Notes: a model not told the origin generated them from the letters alone. A stretch of 64,000 nucleotides of DNA from Octopus vulgaris (GCA_951406725.2 OX597821.1:992001-1056000); one strand, 5' to 3'; counted from the stretch's first letter, positions 15,151 through 30,740 are shown. Numbers and translations are program-made.

Positions 15151-15723
15151 TATATATATATACATATACATATATATATATATATATATCCATTATGCAA
15201 TCCATGCACACACACGCAAACGCACACACACGCAAACGCACACAAACACATCCATACATATCTATACATGTACAGGCGTATATGAATACTTTGTATAAAT
15301 GCAAATATACTGACATATGAATCTATATAGAATGCCATCTATCTACATATTTATATATCTATCTATGAATATGTGTGTATATTCACACACACACATACAC
15401 ACACACAGACACACATACACATACACATACAAAATACGTACGTGTCTGTGTCTGTGTAAGTATGTATACATGTGTGTGTGTGTTCGATTTTGTGTGCTAA
15501 TTATCTCGTTTGACGCAATACGTTTGACAACTGTTAATAGTACTCGCTCGCATCCACCAAACAGTTAGCAACACTCAGTCACACAAACTGTTAATTGTTG
15601 ACTTTATTTCCATTACGGTAAGCAAAATATAACACCGCACACCTGCGGCCCTCCACTCTGTGTAGATGTCATTGTTCACTTTCACGTATGTACATACACA
15701 CATACACACGTAGAGACACGTGC

Positions 15724-15766
<43 letters not shown>

Positions 15767-15771
<5 letters not shown>

Positions 15772-16147
15772 ATATAAACGGCAGTTTGTCTGTGCGTGTT
15801 TCTGTGTGTCTGTTTTCTCGTACCCTCACTCTGACCACGGCTTTCAACCGATTCTGATGAAACTTGACACACACATAGCCCAATGTCATAATTCAAAACT
15901 AACGCAGCGAAAATTTTGAAAAGTTCCCCCAGTTCTGAAAAAAATCGATAAATTCGACATGGGGTCGAGAATGAGAAACCCAAACCACAGACCGTCTAGG
16001 GGACGCAACTCCACCTGTTTTAACTCTCAAAAAAAAATTACCATCATTTTTTTCCCATTTTTTTGCTATTTTTTGGCTATAACTCTCTAAAAATGCTTTA
16101 TAGTTATTTCCCTTACAAACCTGAGCAACGCCGGGCGATACTGCTAG
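15767..16147 (+). mobile_element. Non-autonomous Helitron (related subfamily)
   Basis: A|TCTCTATATAAACGGCAGTTTGTCTGTG..CAACCGATTCTGATGAAACTTG.., 3' hairpin CCTGAGCAACGCCGGG, then CTAG|T. Inserted in (TA)n. Confidence 0.8.
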
Positions 16148-16178
<31 letters not shown>

Positions 16179-16182
16179 ACGA

Positions 16183-16225
<43 letters not shown>

Positions 16226-16392
16226 GCACAAAGGTTATAAAAATATATATTCATACACGTATATATACGTCTCTCTCTCTCTCTCTCTCTGCACGCGTGT
16301 ATATATATATAGCTAGATACATATCAACATACATCAATGTGCAGACTTCTGCATGCATATTTGCTTAAACACAAACATTCGCAGGATATACA

Positions 16393-16474
<82 letters not shown>

Positions 16475-16912
16475 CATACAATTTCACAAGACTGCTAGCA
16501 ATGTGTGACTTGTGTATTCATAAACATGCATTTCCAGGATACAGACGTGCACGCGCACAGCCAACAAAGTCACGCATCTACCCCCCCCCACAGTATATCC
16601 ATCTACATATGTGTAAAATAGCAAGTACACATACGCACATAAATGTACAAGGCACACAACTATTGTTATGCAAGAAGCCTTGTTTGTATAACCTTATGCA
16701 GATATAGTGTTGTATGGTGTTGCAGCGCGTGTATTCGCCTCAATTTCTATGCACTTCCATGCATATCCATGCATGTGAGGATAGCTAAAAAGCTTGCAAG
16801 CCAGCTATATAGCAAGCAAGGCACCTAGCCTACAATCGCCATCACACTGATGCGATTTGTAATGTTATAATTGGCACGGTGTGTTATTATTGTCTCCCTC
16901 TGCGCCATATCC

Positions 16913-16998
<86 letters not shown>

Positions 16999-17102
16999 TT
17001 ATATACACTCATACACACACACACAGTACATGTACACACACAGGCGGACAAGCTGCCAGATACATACATATATACATATAAGAAATATAAATTTATAATA
17101 TC

Positions 17103-17152
<50 letters not shown>

Positions 17153-17366
17153 CGCATACACACACACACACATACACACATGGATGATGGAAGTGCTACT
17201 AGCTGCTGAAGCAGAACAATAATACTTCTGGAGTACACTTTACTGCACTGAACGAAGTTTCACATATCCCAGTGTCAAAGACTCAATACTCCAAGGAGAA
17301 GACGGAGCTTGTCATAGTCTTTGTTTTAGTTTACAAGAATAACTCACGAACGCACGCACGCACACG

Positions 17367-17420
<54 letters not shown>

Positions 17421-17510
17421 TGCACGCATACATACGGGGCTCAAAATAATGAACTGGTATTACTAGTGTTAAAGCACAGTGAGTCGTTTTCACTGACATT
17501 TCGAAGCCGA

Positions 17511-17573
<63 letters not shown>

Positions 17574-17745
17574 CACCACCACCACCATCACCACTACTAC
17601 TAATTGCATAATAACTTTGATTAGTGGTCTGAGAGAGGGAGAGAGAGAGGATTGAGAGAGGTAGAGAGAGATAGGGGGAGGGAGAGATAGAGGGAACGAG
17701 TATGGGAGAGAGACAGAAGGAGTGAAAGGAAGTGAGAGGGTGGGA

Positions 17746-17783
<38 letters not shown>

Positions 17784-18338
17784 AAGAGATTGGTATCGGA
17801 GAATACTTTTGGTTCCACTTCCTGCTCCTGCAATGGCAGTGAACAAACGCGTCCATAAAAGAACCAGACACACACACAGACCTATGTCCATAGAGCCTCA
17901 TGCTCAACAGACACCTAAATACACACACAAACACACTCATGGAAACACTTGCACGCCCAGAGCACGCAAAAAATAACAAAACCCCAACAACAAATGAACA
18001 GCGATCCAGGCATCTTTGTTTCCCGGCTGCACAAGTTTAATATTTTGGTGCTAATTTACAGCAAGGGAAAGAATAAACGACTCCACATCCACGATACATC
18101 CGGCTGGAATCAATATCTCTGGCAATCGTTATACGGATTACTTGATTACAGGATTGACGATAGACTCAGACGCGTAACAGTGTTCACACACATACACAGA
18201 CACACACATTAATGTCTATGATAATATGTGTGTGTGTATGCATACACAAGTGTTCACACACGCACACACACCTATATATATTAGACTATTTTCTTCAGTC
18301 TATATATATACGGTGATCACTTACAAGCGACCCCCCCC

Positions 18339-18463
<125 letters not shown>

Positions 18464-18467
18464 GTGT

Positions 18468-18802
18468 GGAGGCGCAATGGCCCAACGGTTAGGACAACGG
18501 ACTCGCAGTCATAGGGTCGCGGTTTCGATTCCCAGACCGGGCGTTGTGAGTGTTTATTGAGCAAAAATGCCCAAATTTCCACGGGGCTCCGGCAGGTGTG
18601 TGTGTGTGTGGCGAACCTTGTTGTATTCTTTCACCACAACTTTCTCTCACGTGTTCTTCCTGTTTCTGTTTCAAAGGGCCAGCCCGTGTCACGCTGAATC
18701 TCCCCGAGAACTACGTTGAGGGTACACAGTGGAGTGCTCAGCCACTTACACGTTCATTTCACGAGCAGGCTGGAACCCTTGTTGTCGTAACCGACGAAGT
18801 GC

Positions 18803-18805
<3 letters not shown>
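18468..18805 (+). mobile_element. SINE with family B head and a different 3' module
   Basis: Matches family B to about 18665, then has an unrelated tail (AAAGGGCCAGCCCGTGTCACGCTGAATCTCCCCGAG..CCGACGAAGTGCCAC). Confidence 0.8.
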
Positions 18806-18877
<72 letters not shown>

Positions 18878-19041
18878 CACATACACATACACATATTTAA
18901 ATATGCAGATATGTACGCGCGCGTGTGTATGTGAATGTTAATTATCCACAGTTCAGGTATTAAATTTACGTATATACTTAATTTCAATACATGTATTAAT
19001 ATCTAGTTTAGCGGAATCCTCCGACGAAGATGGATTACTTG

Positions 19042-19140
<99 letters not shown>

Positions 19141-20026
19141 GCTTTATAACTGTTTTTGTTGATAACTGGCAAGGTGCGACTTCGTTGAAACATTGATTTT
19201 AATTAAGAATGCTTTTGCAGTTTTTCTTCCTATATCGATATATACGGACCACCCCTCACTCCCTCCCTTTCTTCCTTTCTTTCTCTCTCTCTCTCTTTCT
19301 TTCTCTTTCTTTCTCTCGCTCTCTCCCGGTGTGTGTGTGTGCGTATATTTGTAAGTGTGTGTCTGTATATTTCTTTAAGTATGGCCCAATTCCAGACGGT
19401 GATACACACATTTCCCACACATGTACACACACACACACACGTATATGTACATACATACATATACACGTACGCATGTACACATGTATACATGGACACATGC
19501 ATTCATACACACATCCATACACATTTCCATACACACATAAATACATATATACCACACCTTGTGATAAACTCACCCATACACGCACACACACACACACACA
19601 CACACAAACAGATGTGCACACACATGCAGGCAATGATAAACGCATGCACATACAACACACATGGATGCAAGTGTCTCATACGCAGCTAGAAGCATGCATA
19701 TTTTCTGCTATAAAAGGAAATATTTCATGGCCATATAGTCATACGCGCGCGCGTCTGCACCTGTGTGTACGTGAGTGGGTGCGTGTGGCATTGCTCGCCT
19801 GCACACACGCAAACACACCCACACCCACACGTGTGTGTGCATATATATATGTGTGTGTGTGTGTGTATATATGTATGTATACATCTATATCTATATGTGT
19901 GTGTGTTGGTGAAAGATAGAACTCAGACAGAAGTATGTATTTTTCAATAAACGAAACTCTCAGCCGTTGAGTCACTCAGTAACGTCAGCCGGTTAGAATA
20001 ATAACAATAATACTCACATACATACA

Positions 20027-20086
<60 letters not shown>

Positions 20087-20496
20087 CATACAAACATACA
20101 AACATACATGCATGCATACATATACATACATACCTACACACATACACACACACATATACATACATATCTATACACACATACACACAGATACACACACATA
20201 TACGCACTTATGTATATAAGTACGTATATGTCTGTATGTGTTTCTGTGTGCGCTGGTGTGTGCATGCCTTTAATGCACGTGTGAAGGTATGTAGAGACAA
20301 TAATTTCACAGACAATGGTTCCTGGAATTACGAAGAGACTAGAAATAAAAGGAAAGTACTTGGCATCGCACCGTTCTGGATGTGTCATAGAAATAATAGC
20401 GCCTTAGCCTCGTCGTCGCAGCCGTCGTGGAGCAGCTAAAGTGAAACTAACGTGATTGCTCTGAATTACAGAAATGGCAGCTAAATCTCCTTCATC

Positions 20497-20690
20497 TTTA
20501 ATAGTTTACTTGTTTCAGTCATTAGACTGCGACCATGGTGTGGCAGCGCCTTGAAGAATTTTAGTCGAGAGAATCGACCGCGCGGTATTTATTTTGTTTG
20601 GCCTGATACCTATTCTATTGGTTTCTTATTGTCGAACCGTTAATGTTACCGAGACATACATAACCACGCCAACATCGTTTGTCAGACACA
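20497..20690 (-). mobile_element. Degenerate SINE family A 3' half
   Basis: TTTACTTGTTTCAGTCATTAGACTGCGACCATG..GTCGAGAGAATCGAC. Confidence 0.75.
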
Positions 20691-20829
20691 ATCACACACA
20701 CACACGCACACCAATATATGTGACTGCGTATACATATATATGGATGTGTGTATATGTATATATATATGTATGTGTGCGTGTGAGTATATATATATATATA
20801 AATATTAAATAATTATTTCTAATATTAAC

Positions 20830-21200
20830 GATTGTTTCAAATCAGATAGAAGGATAGTAATTTTGAAGGGTGGTGATGGAGTGGGGTTGATTAAATCGAC
20901 CCTAGTATTTTACTGGTATCATTGCTAACAACTTTATGAACAAAAGACGAAAAGCAAAGTTGTTCATAGACGGGTTTGAAATCATAATGTAAAAAATAGC
21001 TGAATATGACAAGATATTTCGTCCGTCGCTTTGGTTATTCTACCAACACGTAGATCCAAATTAAATCTATAAGTATTTCTAATATGACCACAATTCCTGG
21101 GATTTGGGGGAAAGAGTTAATTGATTAAACCGATACAAGTTCATGACAGGTATTCTTTATCGACCAATGGAGGGATGAAAGGCAAAGTGTTTCTCAATTG
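20830..21200 (-). mobile_element. Two decayed copies of SINE family D (TCGACTTTGCCTTTCATCC..GTCGATAAA..GTACCAG motif)
   Basis: ATCGACCCTAGTATTTTACTGGTA and TTTATCGACCAATGGAGGGATGAAAGGCAAAGT match the copies at 46995-47120 and 47705-47848. Confidence 0.6.
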
Positions 21201-21329
21201 GACCGTCACTGCAAAAGAGCTCAGTAAATAACTGGTACTTAATTAACTCCAGAAGAATAAAAAGCAAGACCTGTATTTCCGTTTCCAGATCTTCATATTG
21301 TTTCATTGCGTGAAACCGTGATTGTGTCT

Positions 21330-21700
21330 CCGATTTCTCTCCATAGTTTTAAGGCTGTTTAAAAGTGTAACGCTGTAACTTGCTTCATTAGGTTAAAGAT
21401 TATAAATGTTTTGATTATGTCATCGATTTCGTTCCATAGTTTAAAAACTTTTCAAGGCGTATCACTCGATTATATTTCATCATTATGCAAAATATATTAC
21501 GAACGCGATGTATTTCTATTGTTAAAGTCAGCACTCCAATAGATTTCATTATGTTACAAATTTCGATTATGTTCTCGATTTCCTTCCATAGTTTAGTTAG
21601 ATTTGTTTCATGCACAGCACTGGCGTACATTTCCCCGTTAAAAATTTCGATTGTGACTACGATTTCCTTCCATCGTTAATACTGTTTAAAGCGTAACAGG
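21330..21700. repeat. Degenerate ~80-90 bp tandem repeat
   Basis: CGATTTCCTTCCATAGTTT-like motif recurs at about 21331, 21424, 21576 and 21660. Confidence 0.6.
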
Positions 21701-21906
21701 CGAACACATGAACCTCATGTCGAGCAGAAAAATATACACATATAGATTACGTCGCAGATTGACTTTTATTTTATTTGCCACAAGGACAAATAAAATAATA
21801 TGGAAGAAAATATTTAAATATAAAGAGTAACTATTGATATCTAATTTTCAAGTGTAACTATTTAACTTTCATGGTGCTTTAACACAAGGCAGGGAATGTT
21901 GATCAT

Positions 21907-22335
21907 TCGTCGTTGCCGGGTCATAGTGCATGTATATATGTGTATATATTACATTGATGCAATTTTATACCAATTGCTATTTTTACTTTTGTATGTTACG
22001 ATTATATTATACTTTAGTTTGATTTTAATTATTACTTACTACATATAATTCAATTGTTATTATTTTTTTATTGTTAAAGTGAAAGCATCTGACATAAAAT
22101 AGAGAAATATTTTTGTTTCACTTTTAACACGTAATAACTGAAATAGTGGAGAAGATATGATATTGCTATGGGCTCGCTCTAGGCAAGAAGTTGAACATTT
22201 TTTTTGCCGATGACACTCCCCGGACCCTAAGTAAGGCATGTGTAAAATTTGAATGAAATTGGTTGTGTAGTTCTCAGGTTTTAGGGAAACACACAGACAG
22301 ACAGACAGACACACATTCTCAGTTTTATATATATG
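21907..22335 (-). mobile_element. Non-autonomous Helitron, 3'-terminal CTAG lost
   Basis: Shares CGTCGTTGCCGGGTCATAGTG and the ~150-bp 5' module (GGACCCTAAGT..GAAATTGGTTGTGTAGTTCTCA..CATTCTCAGTTTTATA) with 2358-3006. Confidence 0.78.
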
Positions 22336-22352
22336 TATATATATATATATAT

Positions 22353-22635
22353 GGAGGCGCAATGGCCAAGTGGTTAGGATCGCGGTTTCGATTCCCAGAC
22401 CAGGCGTTGTGAGTGTTTATTGAGCGAAAACACCTAAAAGCTCCACGAGGCTCCGGCAGGGGGTGGTGATCCCTGCTGTACTCTTTCACCACTCTTTCTC
22501 TCAGTCTTTCTTCTGTTGGCCTGCTCGCTTAGCCAGCGGGGTGGCGTCATTCGAAGGCTAAAACAATGCGAACGCATTGTGACCAGCGATGTGTAACAAC
22601 ATCTGATGGTCTGGTCGGTCACTTGATCACGTGAT
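22353..22635 (+). mobile_element. SINE family B (anticodon-arm region deleted)
   Basis: Closely matches the reverse complement of 10716-11024 apart from a ~20-nt deletion in the head. Confidence 0.9.
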
Positions 22636-22658
22636 ACATACATACATACATACATACA

Positions 22659-22692
<34 letters not shown>

Positions 22693-23128
22693 CATACATA
22701 CATACAAACACGTGTGTGTATTTGAAGACCAGTTTAACTCTGGATCTGACCTAATCGATCACAGTTGACCTAGGGCTGAACAACATTAACAACAACTGCA
22801 ATGGAACCGACCGAGAAATGAATCTACGCGTTGTTTCGATCTGCTAGATATCGGAACCAATTCCCCTTCAAATCACAGTCTATCCAGCATAAAAAAAACC
22901 ATTGAAGAATATAAACCTAAATATAATATGATTTTATTTTTTAAAAATAAGACAACATCGGACATAATGGTCATACTGAAATGCTTTCGATTAGTCATGG
23001 CTGTCTACCGTATTAGTGCTTAGCAACAGCTGTAGCAGTTATAGCAACAACTACAACAACGATAATAGACACACACACACACATACACACACACAAACGC
23101 ATTCACACACACACACAGACACACACAA

Positions 23129-23159
<31 letters not shown>

Positions 23160-23391
23160 AACGCATTCACACACACATGCACAGTTACACACACGGAAAT
23201 ATCAAACAGTCTGTTATCTTCAATAATCTAAGTAGGAGAATCGGAGGGAAATAGTGAAGCTTAGCGTCGGCTAAAAGCACGACAAATAATAATCCAGATA
23301 GTGGAATATGCTTTATAGGGAATGGAAAAGAGAAATTTAATTGTTTTGAGCAGACCATTTATTGCAGACAGAGGTGAATTGTATTGGGGTT

Positions 23392-23486
<95 letters not shown>

Positions 23487-23507
23487 CCTACCTACCTACC
23501 TACCTAC

Positions 23508-23564
<57 letters not shown>

Positions 23565-24012
23565 CATCTATCTATCTATTCATCTGGCACGTATGAATGA
23601 CGAAGCCACCTTGAGCATAATCCTATGAACCCTGAAATTGAAAACAGAGGGTTACCCACTTGCAAACAAATGTGGTAACATATAACAATATTGACCGAGG
23701 TTACCGTGGTCTTTTTCGTAGGCTTTTCCTCCCACGGATAAACCTTATCTGCTTCCCCCTTTACACCGTACATCATGACACTGTGATACATGATCCCTAT
23801 TGATCGCTTTTTTTCCTCTTTTTTCTTCTTTTTTCTTTTCTTTTGTTTCTTTTCCCTTCTTTCTTTTTTTCTTTTTTCCCTTTTACGATCCTTTTGATCG
23901 AAAACCTACGCCACTTTTATGTTTTCATCTCCAAAAAGAAAAGCTCTACCTTGTAATTTGTCCCATCTGTGTGCAGCCCTGTGTGGCCAATAAAGAAACT
24001 TATCTATCTATC

Positions 24013-24184
<172 letters not shown>

Positions 24185-24576
24185 GTCTATCTATCCGTCT
24201 GCCTGTGATGACGAGTCAACGAAGAATCGTTTTCAGAAGTTTTATCCAACTTGCTAGACATAGTAGTTGATGTACTTCCTCGCATCGCAAATTAACCGGC
24301 GTAGAAAATGAAGAGCACATTCGCAAATGTAATCACGGATATCTGAAATATAGACTTCGTTCATAAGCTCTGGCTGTCTTAATACCACCAGAATCACCAG
24401 TGCTACCGGTATCATCATCATCATCATCGTCATCTTCATTATCATCGTCATCATCGTCACTACCAAGGCACACACTCGCACATATACGTGTTCACCTGCC
24501 TACCTACCTACCTACCTACCTACATACATACATACATGTGTATAATGCCCAGTTTACATAATTTGCCATGTACAAG

Positions 24577-24638
<62 letters not shown>

Positions 24639-25179
24639 CGTCTTTACATATACTTACATACATTGATGCATAGAGCTATACTTACATACATACATACATA
24701 CACATGGGCCTACACAAAATACACATATATATGCATACATGTAGAGGTACATCAACATACAAAATAATATATCTCTACACACATATATACACGGACATAC
24801 CTCTTCATATATATACATGCTTACATACGTATATACATATCCCTATCTACATCCATAAACATACACATATATGCAAATACGTATGTATAGCCACATAGAC
24901 AACCATGTAGGCAAGCACACACATAGACACACGCACTTGCACATAGATGCACAAAAGCTAATGCATATCCACACAAGCACACATACATAAATAAACATAT
25001 ATACACACATATTCACGTACACATATATACACGCATAAATATACATACATAAATATCGATATAGACAAGCATACACGCATGCAGACACTTAAACACATAC
25101 ATTATATACATACATGCATGCACAAATATGCATATATATATCCACATACAGACAAGCGTACACACAAATATAGACTCCC

Positions 25180-25223
<44 letters not shown>

Positions 25224-25237
25224 GTGTGTGTGTGTAT

Positions 25238-25315
<78 letters not shown>

Positions 25316-25700
25316 ATATACGCACAAATATGCATATACACACATATATAGAGTCCCCCACCATATATATACATATGTATATATATATACACACAGAGAC
25401 ACACATAAACATACACACACATAAAAACATACACGCACTCACACACATGCATCATACATATATGCACACATTCACAAACACACACTTGCACATACCCACA
25501 TATACACAGACTTATATAGCCACATATACACCGTAACCCACACACACTTACACAAATTATGCTTATCGCTGTGAATACACACGTTCTACACTCGAGAACA
25601 TGTTTCAACGATAAGTCGAGAAGGCAACAGAGATTTCTGCCACGAACCGGGAGGTTTCCTTGTTGATTTTACCACTGTTATCTTATTGTTTATACAAACT

Positions 25701-25714
25701 GTTGCTATGGTAAC
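25701..25714. promoter_or_regulatory. RFX X-box consensus site
   Basis: GTTGCTATGGTAAC fits GTNRCY-N0-3-RGYAAC and lies in a non-repetitive island of the CELF intron. Confidence 0.35.
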
Positions 25715-25785
25715 TATTTAGCTAGACTTCTGGGCATATTATTTGAGATATGTCACTAGTTCTGTCTTTTATCTCTTATCCGTTA

Positions 25786-26155
25786 TCTTTCACTTGTTTT
25801 AACTCGTTCAGACTGCGGCCATGCTGGGGCAATACCTTAACGGATTTTAGCCGAAGGACCCCACTACGTATTTTTTTTTAAAGCCTCGTACTTATTCTAT
25901 AGGGCTTTTTCGCCGAACCGCTAAGTTACGGGGACGTGAACACACCAACACCGGCTGTTATGCGGTGAGGAGAACAAACTCACGTGCACACACACACACA
26001 CACACGACAGGCTTCTTTCAGTTTCTGTCTACAAAATCCACTCACAAGGTTTTAGTAGGCTCGACGCTGTAATGGACGACTATTGCCCAAGGTACCACGC
26101 TGAGGGACTGAACCCGGAACCATGTGGTTGGGAGGCAAACTTCTTACCACACTGT
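25786..26155 (-). mobile_element. SINE family A, near full length
   Basis: Reverse complement of head (GGGACTGAACCCGGAACCATGTGGTTGG), body and tail. Confidence 0.85.
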
Positions 26156-26823
26156 CACATTATTTTGTGAGTTGTTGTTTTGCTTGTGTCGTTGTTGTTG
26201 TAGTTGTTGCGGATTGTGGCCCCTTAGTCAACCCGGGAGTAAAATAGAAAAGGAGAAAGAGGAAAGAAATGAAAAGGTTCAAGGAATGGCCTACATGTAC
26301 ATAGTATGTCAGTGTTAAATAAAAAGATGTGGTGGTCGTGGCAGGGTTGTTTTGCGATCATAAATTTCATTGATAAGGATACTAATGTTAAACGACAAAA
26401 TCTAGACGTGTTAAGTAGATTGTTTCACTGGACGTGTGTTTATGCGCGCGCGCGCGGGTGGGAGAGAAAGAGAGAGAGAGTGTGTGTGTTGTCGTTTGCA
26501 CCCCGATTAAAGGTGTAGAGCTAGGGATTATCCCGTCTCATATTTAGACATTAAATACATATACATACATACATACATACACTAACACACACACACATAT
26601 ATATATACACATACGCACAAATATATACTGATATATGTTAGGAAGAGTAATAAATGAGAAAGCCTATAAACAATGTCATCGCTTGCTGCTTGTCTATATA
26701 TCCTTAACTTTCTGTTCCAAAACTGTTGATATTTCTCCAAATAAATATGTCTCTCTCTTTATATACATATATACACACACACGCATATGTGTGTCTATAC
26801 ATATCTAAATATGTGTATATGCA

Positions 26824-26865
<42 letters not shown>

Positions 26866-27081
26866 GTGTGTTGTGTGTGTATTTGTATATGTCTCTCAAT
26901 CTATCTATCTATATATCTATCTATCTATAGGGGAAGTACTCAATACAAAAGAAGTGTGGAATAATTATTTATGCCGAACTAACGGCTTGTTTTTTGCAGA
27001 GTTTCCCCAGAGCAACAGACCTAACTGGTTACACACAAGAAAGAATAAATTCCACGACTTTTTTATCTAGTTCAAAACGCC

Positions 27082-27137
<56 letters not shown>

Positions 27138-27499
27138 TCCTTCCTTCCTTTCTTTCTTTCTTCGTGGAGTCAGATTTGCTTTTATCCTTTTAAAGGATCA
27201 AGAAAATAAGGAACACTGATGTACTGATTGCAATGTATAAACATGGCCCTCCTGTCGAGGCGGGTCAAGCTTTGTGCTGAGTTCAAATGTCTCTTGGTTG
27301 GGTTTCGCCTTTCACGACTCCCTACCAGCTTAGATGTGCGGTTTGCAAGTTTTCGGTGCAACCGTTTGGTTCCGTGTCCAATCAATGCAAATTACACCTG
27401 TAATACACAGGTGGTAAATTCGAAGTGGCCTCTTGGCAAATTTATAAACTATTAAGAAATCTTTCTCTCCCTCCCCTCTCTTCCTCCTCCTCCTCATCA

Positions 27500-27625
27500 T
27501 CATGACTGGCAGAACCGTTTCTTTAAGTTCTACGTTCAAATCCCGCCCACGTCGACTTTACTTTACATTTATTCGGAGTCGATAAAATGGAGAACCGGTT
27601 GAACACTAAAGGTCGAGTAAGTGCA
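27500..27625 (+). mobile_element. Decayed SINE family D
   Basis: GTTCAAATCCCGCCCACGTCGACTTTACTTTACATTTATTCGGAGTCGATAAAATG: a B box plus the family D core. Confidence 0.6.
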
Positions 27626-28044
27626 ATAACGGGATGTTGATACGCATTCCGAAGCTTGCAAGATCTAATCTATCAGGTGTCAAGTCAAATTTGTTTAAAG
27701 ATAGTCTACAGTTCTTAAAATATACACCTGGCTCTGTTTGTGTGTGTGTCTGAGAGAGAAAGAGAGAGAGAGAACGTTTTCTCACTCCATGAAGAAGGAC
27801 TTTCTCCGAAATGTCAAAAAATCTACTTTTGACGGTAAAGTTACTTAAGAAATACAGATACACACACACACACACGCATACATCTATACAAACATAATGC
27901 ATACACGCACGCACACACACGCATACGCATACACGCACAGATATAGATGTATGTAAGTTGCTCCAGCTTGGCAGCAATCTAATGACTGAAACGAGTAAAA
28001 GATAAAAGTTGCACTCAGACTTAAATATATATGTGAGTGTATAG

Positions 28045-28138
<94 letters not shown>

Positions 28139-28284
28139 GTCTGTCGGTCTGTCTGTCTGTTTGTCTGTTCGTCTATGGTTGAAGATAATGTACTCGATTC
28201 GACGACAGTTCGGAAGAAGAAATGGGAATTTCATAATTTACACACACACACACACACGTACAACTATCTCTCTCTCTCTCATTC

Positions 28285-28321
<37 letters not shown>

Positions 28322-28548
28322 TGCAATCCCAAAGAAATGTCTTTATATAATAACGACGATTCTTGTCCAGCCGCCGGATTCGATCCATATGTCGAGTGTA
28401 GAATTTACTACATTTTGTAATCAACTTCGATCTGTCTGCGAGTATGTATTTAATGCTTGAATAAGCGATACACACGTCGACACTTCGAAGTCATTAATAT
28501 GTGTATAGATAAATATATTTAGAACGCACGTGTGTGTGTATGTATGTG

Positions 28549-28580
<32 letters not shown>

Positions 28581-28645
28581 ATTTTTTTTTCATTTTGTCT
28601 AGTTTCAGCTCACGAGCTGTGGTCATGCTGGGGCACAGCCACAGC

Positions 28646-28705
<60 letters not shown>

Positions 28706-29724
28706 ATATATAAAATATAATATTGTGTAATGTATATACATACATACATACATATATTATATTGTATAATACCTATATATATATATGTTGTATAATATAT
28801 ATTTATATATATGTATATGTATATACATATATATATATATATATGTATATATGTATATATATATGTGTGCGTGTGTGTGTAACTATGCATGTAAAATTGC
28901 ACATGTACATACACACTAGCACCTACATATACACTCGTATGTGCATACACTGTTATACACATATGTTGACGTTCATGAACCATACAGACCCACATAAAGA
29001 GAGAGGTTACGAAACAGAAGAACACGCAACGGCCAAAATAAACAGCTTGTACGACAACAACAACAACAACAAAAAACGAGAAAAGACAGAAGAAAAAGAA
29101 GTACAATAACAACAAAAAGAGGAAGTAGAAGAAAGAAAAGGAGAAAGAAGAAAAAGAACAAGAGGAAGAGGAAGGAAAAGAAGTACAACAACAGAAACAA
29201 GAAGAAGATGAAGAAGGAAAAGAAGAGCCAGAACAACAACAACACAACAACAACAAGACGCATGAACATATTAGCATTAATCGTATGGAATATGAGGAAA
29301 TACCCAAACGCGATGGATTGGCAGCAGAGGGTGGAAGTGGATCGGGTGGGCGGGTGGTCATGTGTGAAGGAACTACACTGAGGGTATATTGGAATGGGTG
29401 ATGCTGGCTGAGGAATCTCGGTGGATGGGAGGGAGGGAGGGAGAGGGAGGGACGGAGGGTTGAGAATGGGGCTGAAGGAGGTGGGGGGAGGGGAATGTAA
29501 CTCCGACGGTGGGAAACTGGGGTCGGGTATGAGGAGTGTTGGAAGCATTTAAGTCGCACCCGTTTACACATGCCGAAAAATTCGAAATTTTTACACGCAC
29601 AAACATACACACATGCGCGTGCGCGCACACACAAGTAGTTTCTCTCTCTCTCTCTCTCTCCCTTCCTCTCTCATTCTCTCCTTTTCTATCTCTCGCTCAT
29701 AAAAACGTACTCACTTACATATAG

Positions 29725-29758
<34 letters not shown>

Positions 29759-29897
29759 TCTAGTAATGGAATACAGAAGGTAAGAATTACATGGTTACGT
29801 ATAAAAGAGGAGTATTGCGCGCACGCCAGTGTGTTGTATGCTTGTGAATGAGCGCATGTGTGTGTGTGTGTGTGTGCGAGATCAGAGTTGCATAAAA

Positions 29898-29980
<83 letters not shown>

Positions 29981-30740
29981 ATAGCCATCTATATGTATGT
30001 ATACAAGTGTATGTGTATATCTACATATATTCATACATGCATATGTGTGTATGTATGTGTGTGGGAGTATATATATATACATTTATATATACATATATAT
30101 ATTTGTGAATACACACATATATACAGTATATATATACATTTGCATATACATACATTGCTCGTGTACACCGCACATACAGGTATGCATATACTCAGCTATA
30201 TGTTTGTATGTTCATTGTTGAATTTTGAAGAATTCTGTGAATATATTCTTAAATGGGGAAAACTGGTACCAAAGAAGCCGTTCTACATCTGTCTGTGTGT
30301 GTGTGTGTGTGTGTGTGAATGTGTGCAAAACGAATGTGTTTGCATATGTCTGCGTGTGTGATTTCGTGTGTATGGGAGCGTATGTATGTGTGTGCATTCA
30401 TGCATGTGTATCTGAGTATGCACGTGTTGCGTTTATATAAGTGTGTGTGTGTGTGTGTGTGTAAGTTATAAGACACCCCTCACACACACGAGTCGAACTA
30501 TGAATATAACAAATTATATAGTTATCTCCATGCAAACACTGTCGTTTTATACACAAGTGTATATACACATATATTCAGAAACGGATTGTATGCATGATAC
30601 ATATATAAATATATATACACGCACACATACACAAGTATAGTTACGTGCATACAAATTATATACAAACATATACGCACATACACATACGAACACACACTAG
30701 TATATATATATGTATATATATATATATACACACACATATG

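Noticed and set aside
15854-15866. CTGATGAAAC in the Helitron
   Set aside because: Part of the Helitron 5' motif; no hammerhead stems.
17225-17301. Loose hairpin (GGAGTA/TACTCC, CACTG/CAGTG) as a possible miRNA or C/D snoRNA
   Set aside because: Large asymmetric bulges, imperfect box C and no recognised seed.
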